Part shown: in pieces, positions 1 through 13,190 of the stretch
How the letters are laid out: every line of letters begins with the position of its first letter
Numbering within the stretch: position 1 is the first letter of the stretch
From: Octopus sinensis
Taxonomy: Eukaryota
NCBI RefSeq assembly: GCF_006345805.1
Contig: NC_043006.1
Location: 93,124,001 to 93,188,000, forward strand
Direction of reading: 5' to 3'
DNA: 64,000 nt
Notes under the pieces: model-generated
Databases searched by the model: none
What the model saw: only the letters and a program-made list of their open reading frames with translations
Told to the model about the DNA's origin: nothing
Translations under genes and position numbers: made by a program

Positions 1-480
1 TAGCTAACCAATAGGACACGGAGGTCCTTCCCACCGTCAGAGGTAACCCGTAGCGCCCATATTTTACGCCAATCTGAATGGATTTATCACTCGTGACTGT
101 TACCTCCCGTGTTGTTTCTGCAGCTTTTTACAGCAGCACTGAAGTGTCCTCTCCAGTTTTGCGCAGGCCTGGGCTATAGATAAGAAAGTCCTGGGTAGCC
201 CAATCGTCAGGTTTCCTCTCTCGACCTTGCTGATGTAGTCCAGTGGAGTGCAGTGCATTACGTTTGGCACCAGCTTGGTTGCAGGAGCTGCCGGAAGAGT
301 GTCGAGTCGAACACTAGACCGCCTTCGGGGCTACACTCCGGATTTCTTTGAAGGTTGTCTCCTTTCCGTAACCCTGGATAGGGGCCCATACCGGGTACTG
401 TCAGCCGGAGCCAGCTAAGCCCGGAACTCGTGTCAGGCATGGTCGTCACTCCCTGAAGTAGTGAAGAAGTTCGCTACCCA
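1..480 (-). mobile_element. GC-richer interspersed repeat, probably the 5' UTR region of an RTE-type LINE (cut by the window edge)
   Basis: Sharply higher GC than the flanks and ends at a TA/CA microsatellite at 481. It resembles RTE-like 5' leaders from recollection only; no protein motif is visible. Confidence 0.35.
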
Positions 481-1087
481 CTACATATATATATACACAC
501 ACACACACATGTATAGAAATACACATAACTGCATACATATATATATACATATCTACATGCCTACACATGAGTACGCACACAAATAACCTCCATTTTATAT
601 CTCAATGAGAAATAATAACTGATCGGTTGTTTATACCTGTGTATATTTGAAAACATTAACTTGCACATGCGCATACACACGCATATATACTTACACGCAT
701 TTCCCTACATTCTAGATGCATATACATATCTATATGTACATATTTCCATGCATTTATGAAGACATGTCTATGCATATATATGTGTGTATTTCTTATGTCT
801 ATGCATATATATGTGTGCACGTGTGTATTCATACATAAAGGAATAAATGTTTGTGCCCATATTTATGCGAACCTGCTCTTTTAAAAGTAAAGTATAGAGG
901 TTTCAAAATGATTAAAGTAATATATTTCGGCATCGTGTTTTCCGATTTACTCATCTTCTATGCGTTTGCATAGATGGACATCTCATAAATGAAATGCTTC
1001 AGAAATTGGTTGCTTATAAATATCATAGACAAACATAAGAAAACCCATTGCATTAGAATAATTTAAATCTACATATCATAGCTGTTC

Positions 1088-1110
<23 letters not shown>

Positions 1111-1118
<8 letters not shown>

Positions 1119-2188
1119 TTAATCTACTATATTGTGTTTCGACTACAGAAAAAGTAATTTATCATCCTTTGAGTGAAAATTTAAAATTTCCCACTGCCGT
1201 GAAACGAGAACTTTGAATGTCATAAATAATTCCTGGCGATATATACTTTTCAAAGGTTAAATTGAAATATTCTGCAAGGAGAATGCCTGTGCTAAATGAT
1301 TTAGATTATATATAAAGTTGCTTTATTATAGTGTATTCTGGTTTCATCTCTTCGTTTTATGCGGCATGAAAGCTGAGAGAAACACGATACGCATCCGTAT
1401 ACACACGCCTATATACACACACACATACGCTCATACTGCTAGGTGTGTATATGTATTCGAGTTTCATGTATTCGTTTTGCGCAGCATGTATTCAGAGTTG
1501 TATATAATATATATCAATACAAACTTTTATGCATGTTTATTAGTTCATCCTTGGAGTCCTTCAGCTAGAGCAAAATATAAATCAATATCGTTTGCAAGCA
1601 ATGAATATTTACACAAAATCCATAAATGATAGACACGATGTAGCCCCTTGTTACGAACATTTATACGGTGTAATATTTTTAATTCTTGATAGGAAATTGT
1701 CTCCTTAATGGCTCCTTAAAATACAAATACAATATTTACTCTGTACAAGAAGTACATTTATATATGCCCGACGCCAAACGACTCGCTTGAGTATTCCTTC
1801 TCTAAATCATATTTTTATTGATTCTAATGCAGAAATATCATAATGCAAAATGTGACATGATTCTCTATATCAATATCGAACCGTTGCGGTTTCTAATTGG
1901 ACTGGCAGCGCAAGAGGCGACGTGCCTACATTTGAAATCAGTAACATTGGTATATTAATATGGATACGAAGATTCTATGAGAATTATTAAAATTTTAATG
2001 AAATTACAATGTAGAATGTCTCACAAATCTTCTATTATATCAAACTGCTATGTTAACCTGACAGGGTTTGATAACCTAAATAATTTCGTACCACTTAGAG
2101 GAAAATTAACAAATTAATCACTGACATAATTGCTTCATCGTTCTCAGAAACATACTGACACATTATGATGTATTATTCATCTTAACGG

Positions 2189-2222
<34 letters not shown>

Positions 2223-3295
2223 AATATTAATCTACTATATTGTGTTTCGACTACAGAAAAAGTAATTTATCATCCTTTGAGTGAAAATTTAAAATTTCCC
2301 ACTGCCGTGAAACGAGAACTTTGAATGTCATAAATAATTCCTGGCGATATATACTTTTCAAAGGTTAAATTGAAATATTCTGCAAGGAGAATGCCTGTGC
2401 TAAATGATTTAGATTATATATAAAGTTGCTTTATTATAGTGTATTCTGGTTTCATCTCTTCGTTTTATGCGGCATGAAGCTGAGAGAAACACGATACGCA
2501 TCCGTATACACACGCCTATATACACACACACATACGCTCATACTGCTAGGTGTGTATATGTATTCGAGTTTCATGTATTCGTTTTGCGCAGCATGTATTC
2601 AGAGTTGTATATAATATATATCAATACAAACTTTTATGCATGTTTATTAGTTCATCCTTGGAGTCCTTCAGCTAGAGCAAAATATAAATCAATATCGTTT
2701 GCAAGCAATGAATATTTACACAAAATCCATAAATGATAGACACGATGTAGCCCCTTGTTACGAACATTTATACGGTGTAATATTTTTAATTCTTGATAGG
2801 AAATTGTCTCCTTAATGGCTCCTTAAAATACAAATACAATATTTACTCTGTACAAGAAGTACATTTATATATGCCCGACGCCAAACGACTCGCTTGAGTA
2901 TTCCTTCTCTAAATCATATTTTTATTGATTCTAATGCAGAAATATCATAATGCAAAATGTGACATGATTCTCTATATCAATATCGAACCGTTGCGGTTTC
3001 TAATTGGACTGGCAGCGCAAGAGGCGACGTGCCTACATTTGAAATCAGTAACATTGGTATATTAATATGGATACGAAGATTCTATGAGAATTATTAAAAT
3101 TTTAATGAAATTACAATGTAGAATGTCTCACAAATCTTCTATTATATCAAACTGCTATGTTAACCTGACAGGGTTTGATAACCTAAATAATTTCGTACCA
3201 CTTAGAGGAAAATTAACAAATTAATCACTGACATAATTGCTTCATCGTTCTCAGAAACATACTGACACATTATGATGTATTATTCATCTTAACGG

Positions 3296-3297
<2 letters not shown>
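1111..3297. repeat. Near-perfect tandem duplication, 2 x ~1.08 kb (1111-2190 and 2219-3297), each copy bounded by (TA)n
   Basis: Both copies start aataaatattaatctactat and end cttaacggtt. The only difference I saw is gcatgaaagct vs gcatgaagct, which explains the frameshift between ORFs 1318 and 2426/2467. (TA)n lies at 1088-1110, 2191-2218 and 3298-3330. Confidence 0.95.
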
Positions 3298-3333
<36 letters not shown>

Positions 3334-3460
3334 TGTGTGCGTTGAATAAACTGTCATTTAAATTACGCTATAGCGAAAATAACACTGACATCTCATTTTA
3401 ACACATGTTAACCAATACCAAAATTACATAAAAGTATTCTGAAATACTAAAGAGTAAATT

Positions 3461-3975
3461 AAGTCAATAAAATCGTCATCGGCTTCAACCATGGTCTCCA
3501 GATGACTTCAGCATATCCTGGAAATCTTTCGGCCGATCTTGTTTAAGTTGGTGAATACTGCTATAATCTTTGCTTTCGGTTCATCTTTGGCTTTACAAGG
3601 CGTTTTGTTGGTTTCTCACTCAACTGTGCCTCACACATAAAAGTAAAAGGAGTTGAAGTCTGGGGAGTTAAATGGCCAGATGTTAGGGGTGATGTGATTG
3701 CAGATATTGCCATACAACAGTGACTGGGTTCTCCTATTTGTATGTCATGAGGTAAAGTCATTTTGCTAGACATATGGGTCTTCTACTCTCTTAATCCATA
3801 GCAGCACTGCCTCCACCAGGCACTTGGTGTAGGCCTACGAGTTGAGTCTGAGGCCGAGTGGGAAGAGGAATTCAGGCATAACGTCGCCATCACTAGTGAT
3901 TACTCCAAACAGCATGATGTTGACTGGATGTTTGATTTTGATCACTCTCGGTACATGTCCACAGATTGACCCCAC
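3461..3975 (-). pseudogene. Tc1/mariner DD37D (maT-like) transposase relic, C-terminal half
   Basis: Minus-strand translation with stops: KIKHPVNIMLFGVITSDGDVMPEF...PYV*QNDFTS*HTNRRTQS...WPFNSPDFNSFY...VEADDDFID. There are 37 residues between the QxD aspartate and the third-D position. Confidence 0.8.
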
Positions 3976-4204
3976 CCCCAATCACTGATATCTCCACTGA
4001 TATCTCCACAAATACCAAGCAGTGAAGCATGTCGTTTCCAAATTTCTAACTGAGTGAAGTGTCTCATGGTTCTGTTCTTCTCACAGACGGTGCCCAACCG
4101 ACTCTATTGTCGACAAAATCATGCGCGAAATTAAATGTATAAAATCCCGACAATTTACCCATCGCACACTACATACATACATACATATATACAAGCATGT
4201 ATAC

Positions 4205-4465
4205 ATACATACAAAAATAAATAATAACCTCAGCGTGATAAAAGTTATAGCCACTCATAATGAAAAGGATTACTGGTGGAATGTCCCAGATATGCAAGTA
4301 TATGCATAAGAATACGTACATAAAACAAAACATACAAATCTGCACATTTATATACATACATACATTTATACATACATACAAAAATACCTTGTAGATATTG
4401 AAATTCCAATAAAGAAGCCTTGCATCTAGGTTAAGAAATCTTGAAATAAACTGAATGACATACAT
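4205..4465 (+). mobile_element. Internally deleted R4-like RLE retrotransposon derivative (YWWN coding stub fused to the 3' UTR)
   Basis: KVIATHNEKDYWWN matches the EYWWN motif at 23033-23263. The 3' part (aaacatacaaatctgcaca...taccttg...ttgaaattc...tctagg) matches the reverse complement of 59005-59230. Confidence 0.65.
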
Positions 4466-4700
4466 ACGTATATACACGCATACACACATACATAGTTACA
4501 TATGAACAGAGACAGACAGATATACATACTGACCAGTTCAGCCATCCGATGATGGTTTACTGTGCCGAAACATCGAAGTCACTGTCAAAACTGTTCTTCT
4601 TACAGAATACTGAATTTGTTCAATAATGAATTTCCACAAACGTATGGGTTAACTCTTGAGATGAATGTAAAATTGATTTTAAACAAAACAGCGAACGTGA

Positions 4701-4830
4701 GGCGGCGTGCTTGCAAGGTCGTTAGGTCGGACGAAACGCTTAGCATTTCGACTGTCTTAACGTTCTGAGTACAAATACCGTCGAGATCGGCTTTGCCTCC
4801 ATTCCTTGGGGTCCTTAAAGTAAATACCCT
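4701..4830 (+). mobile_element. Degenerate tRNA-derived SINE, family A
   Basis: ggcggcg...gttag...gcttagc.atttcg.ctgtc..aacgttctgagt.caaat aligns by eye to the copy at 10598. Confidence 0.6.
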
Positions 4831-5477
4831 GAAATTGCGGGCATTGAGCCACAATTTGGAGTGAGATTCTATAAATGGTATGAAAAGGTAGACAGCGAAT
4901 CTATGAAGTGAACTCGGTTTCCCGCATGTTCGACTCGTATGAGAAATAAAGCAGATGACAAAAGTTATTTTGCATTTGGCCTGAAGTAATATATGTACAA
5001 ACTAATTCAGCTCAAAATATAATGGAAATTATTTTGAATTAAATCTGTAATTCTATCTAAACGAGGGATAAAGATAATTCCTAATTTCTTCTCACGCCAT
5101 AGTTTATATAACATGAGTGTTGAAAGTTTCAAGTTTCCTTCGCCCCACGCCCGCGTCCTATCTTATGAATCCCTGCTGTAGGAATTTATTAAAGTAGCGC
5201 TAGATCATTAGGTAACATCTGAGTAGCTTTTCACACGGCTAGAAATAGCAACAAGATATATTTGAAAATAAAGATCATGGTGGATAATCTAAAAGCACTA
5301 TGTTTTAAGATGTAATGAAAGGGAAAGAAATAGATTACCCCGAAGCCTAGATCTCGTCAAATAGGATAGACCTTCGCTTTCAGAAACAATACCGACTCCT
5401 CCGTCAAATGATAGTATCGAATAAGGACATACATACATGTGTGTGTACACTATATATATATATATATATATATATAT

Positions 5478-5547
5478 GATTTTGATTTTGATTTTGATTT
5501 TTCCAGTTTCAGCTTATGAGCTGTGGCCATGCTGGGGCACCGCCATT
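5478..5547 (-). mobile_element. ~70-bp LINE-type 3' tail with (AAAATC)n end, inserted in a (TA)n array
   Basis: Minus strand reads tggcggtgccccagcatggccacagctcataagctgaaactggaaaaatcaaaatcaaaatcaaaatc, with (TA)n on both sides. Confidence 0.7.
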
Positions 5548-5569
5548 ATATATATATATATATATATTC

Positions 5570-6090
5570 CTGCAGTACTGTTTTGACTTCATCTACAGAA
5601 TTCATATTTTTTTCCGTCGAAATGATTTGAAGACTGCGGAATAAATGATAATCAGTTGAGCAATGTCAGGCGAATATGGTGGGACATCTTTCTTATTCAA
5701 ACTGCTCTACAGATCTTTCAGGACGAGGCTCGTCTTTTAGGGTGTAGTTTTCGGTTCAAAATTTCTGGCACCACCGTTTACACTGGCTTACGCTTATGGT
5801 CTGATCCCCATATACAGCATTAATATCCCTTGCACTTTCCGTTGCGTTGTTGTCTTAATTGAACCCCAAAAGCAAAACATACCGTATAACCTCCCCTGTC
5901 ACTTCCATTATAGCCTTGAAAAAATAACTTATAATCGAAATACATTCTTCAAAGCTTGCGCTAACAATAAGAACAAATTAAAAGTACTACCTGCTTTTGT
6001 AGCAAGTTGATACAAGTAGCTTGTCCCTTCCCCTCCGCCTTTTAGCACTTGAAAAATTGAAAAACCCGGATTATTTATGGGATGACCCAA
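5570..6090 (-). mobile_element. Internally deleted mariner relic with one terminal repeat
   Basis: ATG at 5908: MEVTGEVIRYVLLLGFN*DNNATESARDINAVYGDQTISVSQCKRWCQKF...LKDEPRP, joined to ..SPDIAQLIIIY/YHLFRSLQ-like C-terminal sequence. The TIR-like attgggtcatcccataaataat lies at ~6070-6091; its partner TIR was not found. Confidence 0.75.
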
Positions 6091-6091
<1 letters not shown>

Positions 6092-6176
<85 letters not shown>

Positions 6177-6210
6177 CATATATATGTGTGTGTGTGTGTG
6201 TGTGTTTGTG
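6092..6210. repeat. (CT)n followed by (CA)n/(TG)n microsatellite
   Basis: Direct reading. Confidence 0.95.
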
Positions 6211-6485
6211 TGACGGACTCTCCAGTCGAAGACAATGTATGAGAGTTCAGCGACAAAACGGGGAAGGATATCCGAGCAAAGACAGCCTGCAACGCATCCA
6301 CATTACTATTGCTACAATTCACCAATGTTTACAAACATTCACTTCACCTGGTAACTCTTCGTGTGAGTCCTGAGGTCTCGAAAATCAACATGAATATGAA
6401 CATGGCTTCATGTTAAGAGGAATCTAACAGTTATCAAGCCTGTCGTTTATAGAGTTATAGAGTTATCAAGCCTGTCGTTATACAA

Positions 6486-6553
<68 letters not shown>

Positions 6554-6757
6554 ATATATATATATATTAATCAATATAAGGGTAGCAAAAAATTTAATAG
6601 AAATTTTTTCGCCACCAGCGGTCTAGTGAGAAAGAAAAAATAGTCAACAGACTATATAATGTACATTCAACAATAATATATACATGCAATATAAATGTGT
6701 GTATGTACTGAAATTCCTATATGTAAGGTGTTATATCTACATTGAATACATTATTCG

Positions 6758-6990
6758 AGTAGTAGTAGTAGTAATAGTAGTAGTAGTAGTAGTAGCAGCA
6801 GCAGCAGCAGCATCAGCAGCAGTAGTAGTAGTAGTAGTAGTAGTAGCAGCAGTAGTTCTTGTAGTTTTATTTCGTGTCTGTAACGGAAAGATGTCCCATT
6901 ATAGTTTCAGCATGCTTCTGCCACTACCACCACTACTACTACTGCTTCTATCACTACTACTGCTGCTGTTACTACTACTGCTCCTACCAT
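6758..6990. repeat. (GTA/GCA)n array followed by a complementary (TAC/TGC)n-rich array
   Basis: 6758-6855 is gtagtagta/gcagcagca and 6916-6990 is ctactacta/ctgctgctg, with a ~60-nt spacer. Confidence 0.85.
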
Positions 6991-7242
6991 CACCAATCTT
7001 AATTCACCTCATCTTATGTACTGCAGCTAATTTACACCTTTTCAAAATGAAATATTGAATTTTATTTTTCATTGCATCGAAAGAATGAGTGATTTAACTG
7101 GCTGACCATTTTCTTTCTGGGCAGCCGACTCTACTAATCAGAACCGATATATATGTATGAGTGTTTATATATACATACATGCACACATATATATATATAT
7201 ATAAACACCCATACATACATGTACATATATGCGTATATATCA

Positions 7243-7285
<43 letters not shown>

Positions 7286-7817
7286 TTATATATATATATA
7301 AGTACACACGTACATACATGTACATATATGCGTATATATCAATTTATATATATATTATATATACGTATGTATATTTGTCTTTGTATGTATATATACTTTA
7401 TATATATATATATATATTATATATATATATAAACACCCATACATACATGTACATATATGCGTATATATCAATTATATATATATATATATATATGGAGAGA
7501 GAGAGAATACAATACTTCCTTATAATGGTTCATTTTATTTATTGCTTTATTTTATTATTGTTATTTTCCAGTTGCTTTTTTGTTTGGTTCATGCCGAATC
7601 TATTATATTTTACTTTAAATAAGTCGTTATTTCTGATGCATGTTATTATTTAGTATCTCAGATGCTGATGATAGCTATTTTTATTTCGAACACTGCATGG
7701 CGTCTTGTAATATTACCGAAGATCAATAACCATTCAGTTACCTGGTGCAACACCAGAGAACGTATATAATTGTTATCACGTATATAAAACTGTAAAACTG
7801 TTAATATGTGTAGCGAC

Positions 7818-7859
<42 letters not shown>

Positions 7860-8679
7860 CGAGAGAGACAGACAGAGGGATAAATAGGTGGTCGAATGCG
7901 AAGACACAAGCACGCATACCCACATCTGTAACAACTCAGAATGCTATGGTGCAATTTAGACACTTTGTTTCGAAAAATTCTATATTCTTTGCAAAGCAAG
8001 TTAAATGGGACAAAGGTAGAGACGTGTACGTGTCTGTGTCAAATGTTTCTGCTAATTTTAACGTATAGAAAACAAACTGAAATTTTAAAGTGACTGAGAC
8101 CAGTTGAAAACTGCTTTCAGTTTTATTACAAAATCATTGGCATTGATTCTACCCTGTGGAAGTGAATCCCTCATCCCGTTCTAATTCGATAATTTAACAT
8201 TTATGTTGTCGTATAACGGAGGAGTGAAGTGTTTCCCCAATATTTCCTGAACGAACTCAATGAATGACTTCGAGATAGTTGTTTAGAGTTAACCTGGTCT
8301 GTATGTATCATAATGTTTCGCCCAAGATCTCACGAAGGAACTTAACATGTTCCTTCATTATAGTAACAATTGCTCATCTTACACAACATAGCGCAATACC
8401 AAATCGTTCAGAGAAGTGGCGAGTTACAAATCTCGGAGAGAAAATATCACTGTATATAGTGAGTATCCCGTCATTTAATCACACAATCTGGGGACTGAAC
8501 AAGTACTATGTGATGCTAGTACGCCCTATTTGACGCAGTTAGTTGATTCAACTAAGGGCGAGTCTAGATCTTCGATATGAATTGAGTCTCGTCCTATGAG
8601 TGAAGAAAGATTTCGTTAATGCTTTGAACATCGTAAATGCATCGATAATAGGCGGCTGAAAAATCGCACAAAACTTTTG

Positions 8680-10260
8680 CACCTTTAGTCTAACGCACAA
8701 CTGCAACAACAGCAGCTTGTCTCAGAGTTTCCGTAATTGGTGACCAGACGCAAAGATATTATTCTCATGTCTGAGATTTGGCTCGAATAGATGAAGCCCA
8801 TCGAAGCATTGAGTGGTCGGTGAAACCAAACAACATAATTGTCGTAAAATTCCCATATATAAAGAGACAGAAGACTGTCACCTATTGAGTAGCTATGGTA
8901 GTTTCGCGGAACCGGATTTAACTCTTATAATCGGGGTCTTTTAATTCAATATCCGATAAGCGAAGCCATAACTAAAGAATTCAGAATAAGAAAGAGGGAT
9001 CAGTGTCATGGATTGACTACCTGAACTCTTTTGACGATGTTTCCCAGATATGGATTTTAGTAAGAAGCAGATATATAAAACAGGTCATGAATAGATGACA
9101 ATTTTCTAGATAGATCTGGAGATAGCAGCTCTAACGACATTGCCATTTGAATAATTTCCAACAAGAACTTCTTTCCTATTCATCGGACTGGATTCCAGTG
9201 TAAATATTTCAGAAAGACTATGAACCGTTTTTTGCATAACACCATCACCGAACTCTTTATTGACGATAATGAAATGAAATAAATATACAGAAAAATTAGT
9301 AACTCGGTTACTGAACGAATTCGGGTTTACTAAACGTAATGGTATGAGATCAAGAGCAGATAAAGCGTTACCAGAGTAATTTAGAGGGGAAGATTAATTA
9401 AGGATACATATGTTATACTAGATAAAGAAATATAGATAAGAGAAATACTGCGACAACTGACGGGTGTAGTCTTAGAAATCAATGAGATAGAGTACAATAA
9501 ACACTAATGAGAAATCAGAAAAGAATACTCGAGTCACATTACATGAATACTTAATACAGATAAACACGAAAATGGGCATCAATATTTATTTCTATTAATG
9601 TTATATTTATAATATTCTCACCTCAATGCTAAATGAATTAACACGTCTAGACCAAAACAAATACTCTTTAAAAATAACGCCTGCATATAGAATACAATAG
9701 ACAAAATCTGACAAAGAAAGTTTATTTTTACCACGATTACAGGAAGGTATTGGCTTTTATCACTAGAAAACTATTATAATAAAATAACTTCTGTAAGGCG
9801 ACAAAAATAGCTGGTAACGAATAATGGGAAACTAATAAAAATTAACGACAAAACATAAACGAATAACAAAGTGTGTTTTCTTTTTTGTAGGAAACCAACA
9901 AATAGAAAACAAAAGCCTTAAATGTTAGACAGTTGTCAGGAGAAAATGAAAGAGAACAGGTTCTGAAATATCTAAAAACTAAACAAGAAATAAGAATACC
10001 ATACTAACGAGACGACCAGAGGAACCCTTACATAATAAGTAGCAGAGGAAAAGTTGTGATGGATGCTGTTTAAAATCTGGAGGAAAGAGTTACCCGTCCA
10101 TGCAAGGTAAAAGAACATGTGAGCCGTTGGCTCGTCACAGTCTTTGAAGATTTATTGAAGGTGGAGATACTAGCCTGGCTAAATAGCGTTATTTTAAGCG
10201 CGCTGTTAGAGCATGGATGCATGAAACAGCAGATGGAACTTGCTTTGGCATGTTAAAGTA
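8680..10260 (+). mobile_element. Very degraded, deleted L1-like LINE ORF2 relic
   Basis: Scattered motif remnants in the expected order: KDIILMSEIWL (APE), LIIGVFN (GDFN-like), SWIDYL (SRIDY-like), LPRLQEGIGF (GGLG-like). Confidence 0.35.
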
Positions 10261-10489
10261 TCCGAGATCATTCGTGGTGTAATTCGAATAATCTTATCTC
10301 AATTCCACCCTTTCATGTCCATATTTAGTTGTTCAGTGTCTTTTTTTTTATTTATCTGTTCATTAATGTCTTCATCACTTTTGTCGATATAAAATTTCTT
10401 ACACGATGTAAAGCCCCAGTCATTCTATTAGTCGTTTTCCCCCTTTATATTTCGCATTTCTGCTGTTCCCAACAAACTGAACCTCTGAG

Positions 10490-11300
10490 TTTAATAATAT
10501 AACCATTAATCATAATGAGTGGAGAATAGAGTCGAATGTTTTCCTATAATCAGACCATGCTGTTGCAAGGCCACTATGGTATCTTCTTACATCAGAAGGC
10601 GGCGAGCTGGCAGAAACGCTAGCACGCCGGGCAAAAAGCTTAGCGGTATTTCGTCTGCCGCTACGTTCTGAGTTCAAATTCCGCCAAGGTCGACTTTGCC
10701 TTTCATCCTTTCGGGGTCGATTAAATAAGTACCAGTTATGCGCTGAGGTCGATGTAATCGACTTAATCCGTATGTCTGTCTTTGTTTGTCTCCTCTGTGT
10801 TTAGCCCCTTGTGGGTAGTAAAAAATAGGTATCTTCTTACTTTAGACAGTACAGCTTCATGCATCATTTCGGCACATACCCACACTTTCTTCTTTTCTCC
10901 TGTCTGCTGAACAATTACCGTCTTTTTGGATTCACAATGATCCTGGAGTAAGTTGTTGAGGCAGTTTGCGTACAATTTGTACATAATGTGTAAGCTAGCA
11001 ATGGTCTATAGTTTTCTGCCAACACGATGGCTTCATTCTCCTCTCCAACATTCGTCGACGCTATAGGAAGCCAACCGAGTATGTCCTTTTCACAGTCCTT
11101 TTCTGTAAAATGTCAGCCTATTATATTAATATCCAACGATTAAGTCTCTTCCACGATCCATTCCATTATGCAGTTTGCCTACAGCTACAGGGAAAATTTT
11201 TGGATCGCTTGTGTATATTTTACTTTCGATGCTGGTACAGTATTCTCCGTTAACTATATTTTAGTCATGACGCATTAAGGTTGAAATCCCTCTTTTCATG
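10490..11300 (-). mobile_element. R4-like non-LTR retrotransposon RT fragment, split by a SINE
   Basis: GRDLIVGY*Y..LTFYR, ENYRP, MYKLYANCLNNLLQDHC...KKKVWVC...VRRY; after the SINE it continues HSGLATAWSDYRKTFDSILH (LDYxKAFDS motif). Confidence 0.8.
10598..10827 (+). mobile_element. tRNA-derived SINE, family A, with 13-bp target-site duplication
   Basis: ggcggcgagctggcagaa...gagttcaaattcc (A/B boxes). The direct repeat ggtatcttcttac lies at 10578-10590 and 10828-10840. Confidence 0.9.
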
Positions 11301-12785
11301 CCAGATTTTAGACTAGAATAATTCAAGATTTTATTGTGGTATTGGAAGCAGCTTCTTGTTTATGCTGACTCGTAATATTCTAATGGAAGCAGTCGTTCGC
11401 TGAGCATCTCATCCCTCAATACGTTGGTGTGAAGATACACCATAGAGTTTTGTAAAATTTATACATAAAATGTAATTACTGAGCTGTGAATTTATTATTC
11501 TCCTTTCAATTTATTGTCGTGGTTACCCATCCATCCTAGCGGCACAAATTGTTGGTGTTTTCTTCTAGTTTTGTTTTATGTATACATATAATGAAATATG
11601 TAATTATGTATGTAAATACATAAAAACAAATTTCGTTTCACACACACACAAACATACGTACATGCATATATATATATGTATACAAAAATACACACATACA
11701 TTCATACACACACAGGAAATTCGAACGCCTGTTTTCTTATTGGATGAAAGCAGATGTCTATTTCTCGTTTCTATGTCTACATAATTCGATAATTAATGAA
11801 ATGTAAAACTAATTCTATAGACTCTTAGTGAATATTTTTTTGAAATCGTTTCATAATCTGTAATTGCGAAAGTTTAATATCTTTCATTGAATCACACAAT
11901 GGCGATGCTGTAACAACTGATTAGTATCCTACTTAATGTATTGTTGTTGTTTTTCCTTTTACTGTTTAAATAAAAGTAATTACAGTAATATTGGACGCCA
12001 TCGTATATTTCATTGTATAGCTTTCAGCATTCATTTTATTATTTACATTAACATCTAAGTAGAAACTTCTCAATGTCTTTGCATCAAGATATCCCTCATT
12101 TACAATTCGTTTAATTCGTAACCATTCATGTATGATGGATTGCTTTTTTTCACAACTAATTCCCGACTTGTGTTGTATCAGTTCATTAAAAGGAACATAA
12201 TGGGGTATTAAAATTGTGGTAGCATCATCAAATTATCTAAACTATTAAGCATATTTTTTATCTGCTTTCATTAATAATTATTTGTATTTCAATCATTGTC
12301 TTTCATTATTTCGTTAACTCTCTCTATCACTCTTCCTTTCTCTTTCTTTCTTACTTTCACTTTCTCTCTCCCCGCCACTCTCTCTCCTTCTTTCCTTGTA
12401 TATATCGTTCGCATTCTAGTAGACCGATACGAAGTATTTTCCAATCCATCCTTTCTTGTCTTCAGTATTCTTTATGAAAGGAGGAATCTAATTATAAGTG
12501 ATGCCAAATTTAGCTTTCATAACTGTGTTAATTCAAACATGCATGTCTTCATCGTTCATTAAACGTAGTTGGAGTTTGCCATTCCAAAGCATTCCATGAA
12601 CCATTTCTTTTTCAGCGTCAAATAAACAGAGAAAGGAATCGATCTGGTTATAGACTATTATTTTAGAGAATATTTCATTAGTATTCACTTTTAATTACTA
12701 TTCAGAACTAATCCTTTCCTCCTTTCATGTTCTATAAAACAAAATTACCATTCTAGTGAAATGGCTGCAGGGAATCATATACATA

Positions 12786-13190
12786 GGCGAAGGGATGGCT
12801 GTGTGGTAAAACATTGGCTTCCCAACCGCATGGTTCTGGGTTCAATCCCACTGTATTGCAACTTGGTCAAGTCCCTTCTACTATAGCATCGGGCCGACCA
12901 AGCGCTTGTAAATGGACTTGGTAGACGGAAACTGAAGGAAGTCCTATGTGAATATGATATATATATACACACACATATGTGCGTGTCTGTGTTTGGATTA
13001 TTTCTGTCTCAATTTGTTTCCAGTCAATTTTTACTACCAGTGTTTGGTAAGTTTATAACCCCGTAACCTAGCGGTTCGGCAAAACGGAAGGATAAATTAA
13101 GTGCCAGGCTTTAACAACCAATAATTACTGGAGTCCATGGTTTTGCGCCAGTGTGGCCGGTGTCTAATGAGTGAATGGAATAAAAAAGAA
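12786..13190 (+). mobile_element. tRNA-derived SINE, family B
   Basis: ggctgtgtggtaa...gggttcaatccc...cttctactatagc...gtagacggaaactgaa, homologous to 17253 and 50140. Confidence 0.8.

Noticed and set aside
5991-6047. Possible 57-bp minus-strand micro-exon (LKGGGEGTSYLYQLATKA)
   Set aside because: It lies between the TIR and ATG of the mariner relic.
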